NCBI GenBank assembly: GCA_964016885.1
Contig: OZ024748.1
Coordinates: 12,834,001-12,898,000 of the forward strand
Source: Eledone cirrhosa
Taxonomy: Eukaryota
DNA length: 64,000 bases
Direction: 5' to 3'
Shown: positions 11,908-25,734 of the stretch, in pieces
Layout of the letters: the number at the start of each line of letters is the position of its first letter
Position numbering within the stretch: the stretch's first letter is position 1
Position numbers and translations under genes: made by a program
The notes under the pieces: model-generated
Databases searched by the model: none
Seen by the model: only the letters and a program-made list of their open reading frames with translations
Told to the model about the DNA's origin: nothing

Positions 11908-12108
11908 GGCGGTGGATTGGCAGTATCGGTAGAGGGTCGGACGCCATGCTTTGACGCATAGAGTTACGGCCCTTGCCATTCTGAGTTCAAATCCCACCGA
12001 GGTTAACTTTGCCTTTCATCCTTACGGGGTCGATAAAATAAAGTACCAGTAATGCACTGGGTAATTGCTGGCCTTGTGCCAAAAGTAGAAACAATTATTA
12101 TTATTATT
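11908..12108 (+). mobile_element. tRNA-derived SINE family B, full length
   Basis: ggcggtggattggcag head, B-box gagttcaaatccc, body cctttcatcc..gtcgataaaataaagtacc, (ATT)n tail. Confidence 0.85.
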
Positions 12109-12347
12109 AGTCTTAATAAAAATGAATATTCAATTGTATATATATATCAGAGAGGAAGTAACAGAAAATTAGAAGAGGGGTAGAGAAAGGATGAGAGGGA
12201 GACAGGGGGTGTAGAAATCAAGTAAGAAAAGAGTACAAAAAAGCCCCAGTGAAGCCTCATCTCTCTGGTAGCCAGTTCTGCTAGAAATAACAGTCAAATC
12301 AACATCAAACAATACTCGGCCCTTGTGGCTAATAAATGAAATCATTG

Positions 12348-12675
12348 CCATTCTGAGTTCAAATCCCGCCGAGGTTAACTTTGCCTTTCATCCTTACGGG
12401 GTCGATAAAATAAAGTACCAGTAATACACTGGGGTAATAGCTGGCCTTGTGCCAAAAAGTAGAAACAATCATTATTATTATTTTTGGCAGTATCAGTAGA
12501 GAGTCGGACGCCATGCTTTCCAGCATAGTTACGTCCCTTTACGGTCTGAGTTCAAATCCCGCCGAGGTTCACTTTGCCTTTCATCCTTACGGGGTCGATA
12601 AAATAAAGTACCAGTAATGTACTGAGTTATTGCTGGCCTTGTGCCAAAATAGAAACAATTATTATTATTATTATT
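12348..12675 (+). mobile_element. Two tandem SINE family B copies (12348-12481 5'-truncated; 12486-12675)
   Basis: Direct similarity to the 11908 copy. Confidence 0.85.
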
Positions 12676-13228
12676 ATTTTCTGTGCTATTATTCAAATGT
12701 TGGGCAATGTAATGATAGGAACTAAAATAAAATGGAAGATTTGTGTGTGAGTGTAGAAGTTAGTGAAGAAGTACTTGTGTATGTATGTATGTATGTATGT
12801 ATGTATGTATGTATGTATGTGTGTATGTGTGTATGTATGTATGTATGTATGTATGTATGTATGTATGTGTGTGTGTATGTGTGTGTGTGTGTTTATCCGA
12901 ACGAATATGTGTGTCTGTATGTGTGCATGCATATGTTAACTTGTGGATGTGTGTGCGTATGCGTGAGTATAGATTTACGGGTGAATATATTCATGTGTTA
13001 ATCTATGTGTATGCGTCTGTAAGTGTGTGTATGCGTGTGTATGCGTGTGTATGTGCACAGATATGTGTGTATGCCAATCAATCGGTGTATAATCTAAGAG
13101 AAAGTGTGTGTGTGTGTGTGAGAGAGATAGAGAGATAGATAGAGAGAGATAGAGAGAGAGAGAGAAATCGTGTGACTAAGTGTGTGGGTGTGTATCAACG
13201 TATATTATTGAACACATAGCTGTAGATT

Positions 13229-13420
13229 GGGCGGTAGATTGGCAGTATCGGTAGAGAGTCGGACGCCATGCTTTGAAGCATAGTTACGTCCCTTTACGAT
13301 CTGAGTTCAAATCCCACCGAGGTTGACTTAGCCTTTCATCCTTACGAGGTCGATAAAATAAAGTACCAGTAATGCACTGGGTAATTGCTGGCCTTGTGCC
13401 TAAAGTAGAAACAATTATTG
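13229..13420 (+). mobile_element. SINE family B with 20-bp TSD
   Basis: TSD attattgaacacatagctgt at 13204-13223 and 13414-13433. Confidence 0.9.
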
Positions 13421-14111
13421 AACACATAGCTGTGTATGGCTTTGTGTGAACATATGTATGTGTGAGTGTTTAGATGTAGACTCGTAACAGTAAACATGTT
13501 TACGTGTGTGTGTGTGTGTGTGTTTAGAGAGACAGTATATCTCATATGCAGACGTGTGTTCTTGAGCAAGACACTTTATTTTACATGGCGACCCGTAGAT
13601 AATATCAGCAATTGGAAAGACAAATGGAAACATTGTTTCCTTGGTCCGTTTTGAAGAGGTCCTCCACACTCAGCAAACAAATATAGTCTGGAATCTTGTT
13701 GATGGATCAGAGCGATCGATATCTCTTGTCTATATGTAAAGAAGTATATGACTGTAAATATCTGTTTATAAATATTGGGTCATCAAGTATGAAATTTGTA
13801 GAAATTTGTTGTTTTTTTCTACAAATTTCTACAAATTTCGTACATGACGACCCAATATATTTGCTGTATGTTTTCTAGTAATGATTTTGTTACTGTTGTA
13901 CTACTACTATGCATCTTTCCCAATAGTTGTTTATCTAAAGCTTGTCACAATGCTGGATAAGGAGTAGCGATCCAGCAGTCAGTGCATAAAACTGCACTGA
14001 TCCACTCCTAGCAGTGGCTGACGAGGATATATCGATGATTTTGGTGCATTTCGTTCATTGTCCTCCATTTGTTCTCTCGTGCAATTTGGTTTGAATATAC
14101 ACCGCTTTCCC

Positions 14112-14162
<51 letters not shown>

Positions 14163-14316
14163 TTAAAACAAAGAAATAAAAAATCAGGTCATTAGAGATA
14201 TACTTCACTGCTTTACGATCGTTTCTAGGCGATGATAATACATTGCAGCTATACTCCGTTATTGATCTATGTAAGGTTAGTTACAAAATATCAGATAAAG
14301 AGAATATTGACTTACA

Positions 14317-14368
<52 letters not shown>

Positions 14369-14442
14369 TGTGTGTGTGTGTGTGTGTGTGTCTGTGTCGG
14401 TGTATATACTTTAAATATATATGTATATATGTCTCTCTGTGT

Positions 14443-14514
<72 letters not shown>

Positions 14515-15685
14515 ATGTATGCATGTAAGTATAGTTCACATGAAGTATTGTGAGATATGTAATAGGTGATAAGATCTTTAGAAAGACGGTACAATGCGCA
14601 TTGTACCGGCTTTCTGAACATCTTATCATTTATTGCACACTCACACACACACACTCACTCACACACACACACACACATATATATACACACACACATATAC
14701 ACACACACACATACACCCATACACACATATAGAGAGATTGATATATATATATAGAGAGAGAGAAAGATATAGTTATAGGTATATTCATACATATACATTC
14801 TCTTCTATCCAGTGACCAGGGTGGGGTTTATATGAAAGGAGTGACGTAGTGGTGTGGTGTGGTTAGGTGTACTGATGTTGTGGTGGTGGTAGGTGTAGTG
14901 TTGGTGGTTGGTAGGTGTAGTGGTGTTGGTAGGTGTAGTGTAGTATGTACAGTGTAGAAACAGCATCAATTTACTGCTGTCCGGCTCCAACAGTCGACAG
15001 TCTTGGAGGTTCAGTGAAGAGAACTCTATAATTAGGGAATTATATACGCTTAGCTCACTGCTACATCGTCAGTAAGGAAGGGTGTTAGTGAGGGAGCTAG
15101 CTATTCCTTGTAAAATCAACTCCTACAACAACGTCAACGCCATCACCAATTCCACCCCCTCCACCACCACCACCGGCACCAGCATCTTGAAGAACAACAA
15201 CATCACCACCAACAATAACTGCACACACCACCCTCCCACCCCCATCATCACCACCGCCAGCCACCATCAAAAATAACATCAACGTCAACCATCACCACAA
15301 CCACCATCACAAATAACATCAACGCCAACATCACCAACAACACCAACACCAACAAATACAACTGCATGCAATACCACCACCAGCACCAGCAACAACACCA
15401 ACATCACACCAACGACAACAACAGCAACACTCCCCCCCCACTCTACCTCCACCACCACCACCACCACCACCACCATCAAAAATAACATCAACGCCAACAA
15501 CAACAACAACAACGACATTAACAACAACGCCAAGTTCACTATCACTACCACTACCACCAACAAGAACAACAAAGGCAAAACCACCATTACCCACACCGTC
15601 ACAAACACCATCACCACCAACAACTGGACAACAAACACCGCCACAATCGACAACCTTAGTCATAAGATATGAGATATGCGCTCAG

Positions 15686-16450
15686 TGATATGACATGTAT
15701 ATTTCACTGTCCTACACTGTTAAACTATGATATAACCTCTGTTATATGACATCTATATTTGCTGTGTCATAGTGTTAAGATTTAAGATATGACATGTGTA
15801 TTTCATTGTCCTACACTGTTAAACTATAATACAATATTTGTTATATGACATCTATATTTGCTGTGTCATAGTGTTAAGATTTAAGATATGACATGTGTAT
15901 TTCATTGTCCTACACTGTTAAACTATAATACAATATTTCTTACATGACATCTATATTTGCTGTGTTATAGTGTTAACATTTAAGATATGACATGTGTATT
16001 TCATTGTCCTACACTGTTAAACTATAATACAATATTTGTTACATGACATCTATATTTGCTGTGCCATAGTGTTAACATTTAAGATATGACATGTGTATTT
16101 CATTGTCCTACACTGTTAAACTATAATACAATATTTGTTACATCACATCTATAATTGCTGTGTTATAGTGTTAACATTTAAGATATAACTTCAATCATAT
16201 AACATCAATATTTCACTATCCTACATGGTTAAACTAAGATACAATCTTTGTTTTATGACATCTATATTTCACTGTCCTACACTGTTAAACTATGATACAA
16301 CTTCTGTTATATGACGTATATTTTACTGTCCTACACTATTAAAGTATGATACAACCTTTGTTTTATGACATCGATATTTTCTGTGTCATAATGTTAATAT
16401 TTAGGATATAACCTCAGTCATATGACATCTATATTTTACTCTCCTACATT
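15686..16450. repeat. 99-bp minisatellite (internal ~57+42 subunits)
   Basis: aagatatgac recurs at 15784, 15883, 15982 and 16081. Diverged flanking units. Confidence 0.9.
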
Positions 16451-16589
16451 TGGTATGTCATAATGTTGAAATATATAACTACGCCGGCTCTACAATGTTA
16501 AATGCTACGATATTGTTAACGATAGGTGATATGTCATAGGAGTTAACTGTAAGAATTACGTTAAGGGCCTACGACCATACGTTCATAAG

Positions 16590-16906
16590 TCCTTAATGGT
16601 CAAGTTGCAGGGGTGAAGAACGTTTGGTGGTGAGTTCGAATCCCGGTCACATGGTTCTACTTTTGCTTAAGGCATTTTATCACATTGCTCCAGTTTACTC
16701 AAATGGAGGAAAATAACTTAGTTGAATCTGTAATTCAAACGGTCAGCCTTCTCACTCACTTTTATACTGTATCTCCCTGAAAACTACGTTAAGGGTCCAC
16801 GTGTCTGTGGGATTCATAGCCAGCCATATGTATGATAATTTCACCTGCAGGCTGTTCCGTTGTTTTGACCAAGTGCAAGACTCATCGTTGGAACCGAAGG
16901 TGGCCA
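16590..16906 (+). mobile_element. Diverged tRNA-derived SINE (family A core, different tail)
   Basis: gagttcgaatccc B-box and cacattgctccagtttactca core. Confidence 0.6.
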
Positions 16907-18224
16907 AACACACACACGTACACACACACACACACCTACACACACAAACACACAGACACACACACTACACACGTTCACACAGAGACACAGGCACTCAAAC
17001 ACAGTCAGACACACACACACACGTACACATACACACACGCAGACACATACGCACACTCACACACAAACACAGACAAACGCACACACACATACACACACAC
17101 AGGCAGACATACACACACGTATACACACATAAACAGACATACACACACACACTAAAAGATACATCTATATCTTTCTTCCATTTTCTTTTGATTTTTTTCT
17201 TCTTCTCTTCCATTCTTTCGTTCCTTCTTCTTCTTCTTCTTCTTCTTCTTCTTCTTCTTCTTCTTCTTCAGCCTTTATTTTAAAACCAATTATTTCCTCA
17301 TATATCTCCCTTTCTCTCTCTCCCTCTCTCTTTCTCCCTCTCCCTCTCCCTCTGCCTACCTTATATATCTCACTTTCTCTCTCTCCCTCTCCCTCTGCCT
17401 ACCTTATATATCGCTCTTTCTCTCTCTCTCTCTCTCTCTCCCTCTACCTACCTTCTCTCTCTTTCACTCCCTCTTCTCCTTCCTCTATCTCTCCCTACCC
17501 CCCTTCTTCTCCCTACCGCTTTCCTTTCCTCCTCCTCTTTCTTCTCCCTATCTCTCTCCTTTCCTCCCCCTCTTCCCCTCTCCCTACCTCTCCCCTTCGC
17601 CCCCCTCTCTTCTCCCTACATCACTCTTTCACTCCCTCCTCTTTCTCTCTCTGTCTCTATCCACCCCCTCTCTCTTTCTGCCTATATCTCTCCTTCTTTA
17701 AATTCCTATTTTTTTTCTTTCAATTTTTTTCGCCGTTTTTTTTCTTTTATTATTTCTCACTCGTTTCAAAATTAGAAACGAGTCTTTCCTTTCTTTTTTC
17801 TCTTTCCTTTCTTTTTTATTTCTTTTTCTTTCTTCCGCTTTTTTTTCTCTCCCTAATTTTACATTTCTTTCATCCTTCACATTTTTTCAGACATCACTTT
17901 TTCTTTCATTTAAAAACACTGATCATCATCACCATAATCACCATCATCATCATCATCATCATCATCATCGTCATCATCACCACCAACACCACCACCACCA
18001 TCATCATCATCATTAACATCATCATCATCATCATCATCATTAATATTATTATTTTTATTATTATATTTTTTAATAAATTTTCTATTTTTCCCTCTTCCCA
18101 TTTTTTCCCTACCTCTCTCCACTTCTTCCCCTCTCTCTATATCTAACCATCTCTCTCTGCCTTCTCCTCTTTCCCTCTCTCTCTCTCTCACTTTCTTCTC
18201 TCTCCCTCACACACACTCTCTCCC

Positions 18225-18690
18225 TCTCTCAGTCTCTCTCTCAATCTCTCCCTCTCTCAGTCTCTTTCTCCCTCCCCCTCTTTCCCTCACTCTCTCAGTC
18301 TCTCTCTTCCTCCCCCTCTTTCCCTCACTCTCTCAGTCTCTCTCTCCCTCCCTCCCTCTTTCTCCTCCCTCTCTTTCCCTCACTCTCTCAGTCTCTTTCT
18401 CCCTCCCCCTCTTTCCCTCACCCTCTCAGTCTCTCTCTTCCTCCCCCTCTTTCCCTCACTCTCTCAGTCTCTCTCTCCCTCCCTCCCTCTCTCTCCTCGC
18501 TCTCTTTCCCTCACTCTCTCAGTCTCTCTCTCCCTCCCTCTCTTTCCCTCACTCTCTCAGTCTCTCTCTTCCTCCCCCTCTTTCCCTCACTCTCTCAGTC
18601 TCACTCTCCCTCCTTCACTTTCCCTTCCTCTCTCAGTCTCTCTCTCCCTCCTCCCTCTCTTTCTCTCCCTCTCTCAGTCTCTCTCTTTTT
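18225..18690. repeat. CT-rich ~40-50-bp minisatellite in a polypyrimidine tract
   Basis: Repeated ctctctcagtctctct..ctttccctca. Confidence 0.85.
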
Positions 18691-19098
18691 TTTCCTTTAG
18701 CCTCCATAATGTTCGTTTGCCGTTCATTTTTTTTTTTAAAGGAACCTTAACAAACATTTCTTTCTCTCTCACATCTAACCCCAACAACATTTCTTTCACA
18801 TACGATATTTTTCTTTTTCCTTCGCCGTTTCTACTGTTTTTCACTCTTTCTACTGTTTTTCACTTTTTCTACTGTTTTTCTTCCTATTCTTATTCTTTCG
18901 TCACTTTCCTTTAGATGATTTTTTTCAGATTTTATCGACATTTTTTTCTATTTCTTCGTTTCGTTATTTTCGTTTTTATACCATTTAGTCTCAACCATAT
19001 CAGCCCCCCCCCCCCCCCTACACATTTAAACAAATCTTAATACGATACTTTTTATGTCTGGATATCTCAGATAATTTTTATATACTTATCTATCTATG

Positions 19099-19199
<101 letters not shown>

Positions 19200-19280
19200 C
19201 TATCTATCTCTCTATCTCTCTATCTATCTATCTTTCTATCTGACTGTCTATCTATTTATTTATCTATCTATCTCACTCTC

Positions 19281-19316
<36 letters not shown>

Positions 19317-19406
19317 GCCTAAATAGAATACTCTCTTTTCCTTTACCTTTCCTACGGAAACACTTCAGATATATATAAATATATATGTCTCTCTCTCTCT
19401 CCCTCA

Positions 19407-19473
<67 letters not shown>

Positions 19474-19799
19474 AATATGTCTGTTTTTTTTTCTCTCTCT
19501 TACAAATCACTTTCATTTTCTTTTCGTCATCGCCTCTCTGCTCCTGTTCCTTCTCTTTCTCTCTCACCCACTCTCACTCTCTCACTCTCTGTCACTCACT
19601 TTCATGCACTCACTCTTTCTCTCTTTTCTCATTCTTACTTAATTTCTCTCAACCTCTTCCTCCCCCCTCTCTCTCTCTCTTTCTCTGTCTCTCTCTTCTT
19701 ATTCCTCTCTTTCTCTCTCTAACGTTTAATTTTCTTTTTAATCAAGGTTACAGTCTTCTCCGCCGGCAACGTATCTTGCAGTTGTTATTGTGTTGATAC

Positions 19800-19852
<53 letters not shown>

Positions 19853-19875
19853 TTAGTGGTAGTGGTAGTAGTAGT

Positions 19876-19955
<80 letters not shown>

Positions 19956-19998
19956 CAGCAGTAGTAGTAGTGGTAGTAGTTGTAGTAGTAGTAGTAGC

Positions 19999-20056
<58 letters not shown>

Positions 20057-20380
20057 ATAGTGGTAGTAGTAGTAGTAGTAGTAGTAGCAGTAGCAGCAGT
20101 ACTCCTAGTAGTAGTAGTCGTAATAGTAGTAGTAGTAGTAGCAGTAGTAGTGGTAGTAGTGATATTAGTGGTAGTGGTAGTAGTAGTAGCAGTAGCAGCA
20201 GTAGTAGTAGTAGTGGTAGTAGTAGTAGTGGTAGTAGTAGTAGTGGTAGTAGTGGTAGTAGCAGTAGCAGCAGCAGCAGCAGTAGTAGTAGTGGTAGTAG
20301 TAGTAATAGTGGTAGTTGTAGTAGCAGTAGCAGCAGTAGTAGTAGTAGTGGTAGTAGTAGTACTACTAGTAGTAGTAGTG

Positions 20381-20445
<65 letters not shown>

Positions 20446-20669
20446 TTGTTGCTTCCTATTTCCTACTACTACTCCTACCCCTAAACCATATCATCATCAT
20501 CATCATCATCATAATCATCACCATCAACATCATCATCATCAGCATCATCATCAACATCACCGTCATCAGCAATTATGTGACTAAAATAAGAGATGAATTG
20601 ATTGTTGAGTGCAGATAAATGAGTTTGAATAAAGAAGAGCAGGAATAGACGTAAGTCGAGGTAAGTAAT

Positions 20670-21330
20670 GAGTGTAGATAGATAAGTGGAAGCGATGAGT
20701 GTAGATAGATAAGTGGGAGTGATGAGTGTAGATAGATAAGTGGGAGTGATGAGTGTAGATAGATAAGTGGAAGCGATGAGTGTAGATAGATAAGTGGGAG
20801 TGATGAGTGTAGATAGATAAGTGGGAGTGATGAGTGTAGATAGATAAGTGGGAGTGATGAGTGTAGATAGATAAGTGGGAGTGATGAGTGTAGATAGATA
20901 AGTCGGAATGATGAGTGTAGATAGATAAGTGGGAGTGATGAATGGAGATAAATGAGCGTGAGCGATGAGTTTAGATAGATATGTGTGAGTAATGAGTGTA
21001 GATAGATAAGTGTGAGTGATGAGTGTAGATAAATAAGTAGGAGTGATGAGTGTAGATATATAAGTGGGAGTGGTGAGTGTAGATACATGAGTGTGTGTAG
21101 ATAGATAAGTGGAGTGATGGGTGTAGAGAGATAGGTGGGTGTGGTGAATATAGATAAATAGGTGTGAGTGATGAGTGTAGATAGATGAGTGTGTGCCATG
21201 AATGTAAATAGATGAGTGTGAGGGATGAGTGTAAGTGATAAGTGTGAGAAATGACTGTAGGTAGATGAGTGCGAGTGATGAATGTGAATGGATGAGTGCG
21301 AGTGATGAGTGTAGATAGATGAGGCGAGTG
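20670..21330. repeat. 27-bp minisatellite
   Basis: gatgagtgtagatagataagtgggagt tandem array decaying to the right. Confidence 0.9.
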
Positions 21331-22297
21331 TGAGTGGGAGAGTAGGTGTGTGAATGTGAGTGTGAGTGTGAGTGGGAGTGTAGGTGTGTGAGTAAGTTGA
21401 AAAGAAATGGAATTAAAGACACATAATTATAGATCAATTATCTGATGTCAGCCGACATTACTGAATGTACTTGAGTGGTAGTGGTGGGGGAGGTGGGGGT
21501 GGCAGTGGTGATGGTTGGGATGGTTGTGGTGGTGGTGATGTGTGGTGGGGTGGTGAGGTGGGGGCTGTGATGGTGGTGGTGGTGGTTGGGGGGTTGTGTT
21601 ATTGATGGTGGTGGTGGTGGTAGTTTTTGGGATACTGTGGTGGTAGTTGTGGTGGTTGACGGTGGCTGTATGGGGGTGGTGTGGTGGTCGTAGGGGGACC
21701 GTGGTAGAGGTGGGGTTGGGGTTGGGGGTGGGGGACCGTGGTGGAGGTAGTTGGGGGGGGGGGACTGTGGTGGTAGTGGTGGTGGTAGTTGTGGGGGTAT
21801 GTAGTGGTGGTGGTGGGGAAACTGTGGTGGTAGTTGTGTTGGTGATGGTGGTGGAAATGGTGGTGGAGTTGGTGTTTTTGTTTTTGGTGATGGTGGTGTA
21901 GGCTGTGGAAGAGGTAGTGGCAATAGTGACAGTGGTGATTGTAGTGCTGTTGTTAGTTAGGAGAGACTGTAGTGGTTGTGATGGTATTGTTGTGGTTGTT
22001 GTTGGTGGTGGTGGTGATAATAGTGCTGGTTGTGACGGTGTTGTTGTTGTTGGTGGTGGTGGTGATAATAGTGCTGGTTGTGACGGTGTTGTTGTGGTTG
22101 TTGTTGGTGGTGGTGGTGATAATAGTGCTGCTGGTTGTGACGGTGTTGTTGTTGTTGCTAGCTCAAAAACAACAGCATCATAGGCTGCAGCAGCAATAAT
22201 AATAATAACACCTGCACCAGCAACAACAAGAGGAACGACAACAAAAATAACGACACCTGCAACAACAACAACCACAACAACCACAACAACCACCACC

Positions 22298-22369
<72 letters not shown>

Positions 22370-22962
22370 CCTGCAACAACAACAACCACAACAACAACCA
22401 CGACGACAACAACAACAACAACAACAACAACAGCAGAAAGTACAACTGAATTGACCCAACATCAAATGCAATAAATTGTTGAATTCAAATGAAATTGTGT
22501 TCATCTGGAATCAAAACCACATCTCGTTGTCGATTCTTTTGTTTTGTGAGATCTCGTACAAGACTTTCCTCACTCCATCTCTGCAAATAAAACCAGCCAT
22601 TGGTTACAAAACATGGCTTTTCAGGCCAATACACCGTCCATGGTGGTACTATATTTTCATCGACCCAGAAAGGATGAAAGGCAGTGTTCAGCTCAACGTG
22701 TCTTAAAAGCAGTGAGCAAATTTCCAAAGGAAAAAATTGTATGTTATTTTGTCTCATTCTCTAGAAATGATGAACATAAAATTAAACAGCTCACACTGAT
22801 CAAGGTTTAGTTATCTCTTATATGGTTGTATCTCACAGAGTAAGTTTCACGGGTGGTTTAATGATTGAAACAGCAGTCCTACCAGGAATACACATACACA
22901 CACACACACACACACACTTACAAACACACAAAAACACATATGCACACGCATGGTCACACACA

Positions 22963-23036
<74 letters not shown>

Positions 23037-23040
<4 letters not shown>

Positions 23041-23204
23041 AACCAGTAAGACCCCGACGGCTGAGCTCAAGCCGTTTCGACGGCTAATTCTGGACTAAAG
23101 CCGTCGGGGTCTTACTGCTTCCTATTACCCACTCTACTACCCTAAGTATTGAGTACTTTGGTGCGTTATGGTCCACCTGGTTCCCTACCACATTTCCTTC
23201 GTTA
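23037..23204 (+). mobile_element. (TA)n fold-back element, family H4 copy 1
   Basis: gaccccgacggctgagctcaagccgtttcgacggcta inverted arm plus tail ctactaccctaagtattgagtac...ttccttcgtta. Confidence 0.75.
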
Positions 23205-23312
23205 TATATATTATAGGAACGATCGACTTTCGTCAAATCGGACCGAGGGAACAGTGTTTCCGTTGGTCTTTCCAATTGCTAATACTATCTATCGGTCGCA
23301 ACTCCAGGTAGA

Positions 23313-23426
23313 AGGAGCAACGTGAAATAAAGTGTCTTGCTCAAGGACATAACGCATCGCCTGGTCCAGGAATCGAACTCACAACCTTACGATTGCGAAT
23401 CCAATTCTCTAACCACTCAGCCACAC

Positions 23427-23430
<4 letters not shown>
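23313..23430 (-). mobile_element. SINE family A 5' half
   Basis: ggagcaacgtgaaataaagtgtcttgctcaagg..gaatcgaactc..ctaaccactcagccac. Confidence 0.8.
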
Positions 23431-23509
<79 letters not shown>

Positions 23510-23599
23510 CCTGTTCGTAGTTGACGGCTGAGAGAAAATAGTAGTCAATACCGAAGAAAATTTTAATATTCATTTTAAGGCTAAATAGTGAGTCTTGTT

Positions 23600-23862
23600 A
23601 CTCTGGAGTTACACTTGTTTATCACAAGGTCATCAGATTTATGATGTGGGTTCGATTCTTGGACTAGATTCTGCGTTGTGTTCTTGAGTAAATCATATCA
23701 TTTTCGGTGGCTCCAGTCCAATTAGCTGAAAATTAGTAAGGCTGGTATTAGTATAGTTGAGAACTAACTTTGGGACAGACTGGCGTCATGTCCAGGAGGG
23801 GTGGGTGTGGGGTGTCTAGACATCCCTTGTAATTTTAGTCTTTTATTGCTAATGAAACCGGA
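23600..23862 (+). mobile_element. Diverged SINE family A
   Basis: gggttcgattc..gtgttcttgag..gctccagtcca..gactggcgtcatgtccagg..gaaaccgg. Confidence 0.7.
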
Positions 23863-24013
23863 ATAATAATTAGCAGAATGAACCCTAGGTTTGGAACAGT
23901 CATCAGCTTAATGACCTCCTCCCCCCACGTTGGAATAGTCATCGGCCTAATGACCCACCAGACAGCGGGGCTTGGAATAAGTTTTAACCATTTCCATCTT
24001 TATACACACATAC

Positions 24014-24135
<122 letters not shown>

Positions 24136-24144
24136 TAATGTGTA

Positions 24145-24186
24145 AAATCCCGACCGCGGCGCCAAGTAGTTTCGACTCGTCAATTA
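24145..24186 (-). ncRNA. Degenerate minimal hammerhead-like remnant
   Basis: Minus strand aat-TGACGA-gtc-GAAAC-tacttGGCGCCgcg-GTC-gggatt, between microsatellites. Confidence 0.3.
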
Positions 24187-24213
24187 CACACACACACACA
24201 CATAAGTATATAT

Positions 24214-24246
<33 letters not shown>

Positions 24247-24250
<4 letters not shown>

Positions 24251-24450
24251 TAAAAATAAATGTGAAGACTAAAATCCAAAGAGGGCTCGATAAGGATAAA
24301 TATATATCAAATATATAAGAACCGTAGAGCAAACATTTATTAAAATAACAGATTAAAATTTAAGCAAAGAATCGCTGCTTTTACCCTTTCAGAAGATCCC
24401 GTTAAGGGTGAAAGCAGCGATTCTTTGCTTAAACTTTAATCTGTCATTTT
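24247..24450 (-). mobile_element. (TA)n-adjacent fold-back element (family H3, copy 2)
   Basis: Near-identical to 8545-8783 but with a different fold-back point. HHR-like CAGAAGA-tCCCgttaaGGGt-GAAA at 24390-24413. Confidence 0.7.
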
Positions 24451-25220
24451 CATAAATAAATCAATATATTCGGTATTTCCAGTGATTGAGAGAAACATTA
24501 ATAAATTTTATCTCAGTAAATCCTGTGGGAGAGGCATGAATATCTCCACTTCTCGCTGAAAAGTCTATGAAACATGAAAATATGATTAACCTGCCAGCGA
24601 AATAGAGAACATAATTGGTCCTTTAAAGTTCCGATTTCCTTTCCGTCTGTTGTTTCTGAATTAACATATGCAAGATGGTGTCAAAACTAGGACCCGCTCT
24701 CGTTTTGATATAGTTTCCGAAAAGATCAATTCAGCTATGAATTTACCCCCGAAAATGTGAGAATTAATTGGAAGAAGAGTAATAGCATAGCAAATGAACC
24801 GTTTATTAATTAGGCCAAGATCTTGTTGATTGGTGGCGATAATTACAGTTGTTTGTAAATATATTGGATTGGAATTTCAACTTGGTCAGGATATGGGGGA
24901 GGGGTGAGGGTAAGGGGTGTGTGGTGGGGTGTTGGAGGGAGGCTAGAGAGAGGTGGTGTAGCGTGGGGGTGGGGGTAATGTGTGATTAGGGAGAGAAAGA
25001 GGGAGGTGGTGGTTGTAGTGTTAGTGGTGGTGATGAAAAGAGAAATATGGAGGTGTATGTGAGAGGAGCGAGAGAGTGAGAAAGAGAGAGTAAGATAGAA
25101 AGATAGAGATAAGGACAGAGAGAGAGAGAGAGAGAGAGCAAGGGAGAGAGACAGACATAAAGATAGAGATAGATAGCTAGATAGCTAGATAGCTATATAT
25201 ATGTTCATATATCATTTCAT

Positions 25221-25309
<89 letters not shown>

Positions 25310-25552
25310 AAATAAACCACATTTCTATAGAACCCTCATTTAAAATATTCTGTTTTTATGCTTTGAAGTTTATATATAAATAACAGTATTTCAAACTCTT
25401 GTTGTTGTTGCTGTTGTTGCTGTTGCCTGTAGGACTTGTGGTGGATATGATGATGATGATGATGATAGTTGTCGTGGTGGAGGTTGCGGCAGGGATAGGT
25501 GTGTTTTTGTGAATTTTGTTGTTATTGTATATATATATACATGTGTGTGTAC

Positions 25553-25657
<105 letters not shown>

Positions 25658-25734
25658 TATATATTCATGTTAGGCGGGAGAGTCACTAAGCCTCTAGACC
25701 ATTGTGAGCAGTACAGTGGCTATAATTCTTCCAA

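Noticed and set aside
15686-16450. CRISPR-like regular repeats (also 27540-28370 and 52555-53070)
   Set aside because: Contiguous tandem units without unique spacers, eukaryotic context, no cas genes.
20481-21437. 318-aa ORF with repeated TYLSTLITP
   Set aside because: Product of the 27-bp minisatellite (a multiple of 3). No splice or homology support.
21700-21770. G-quadruplex-like G-runs (also 24895-24975)
   Set aside because: Part of degenerate (GGT)n low-complexity sequence, with nothing specific to support function.
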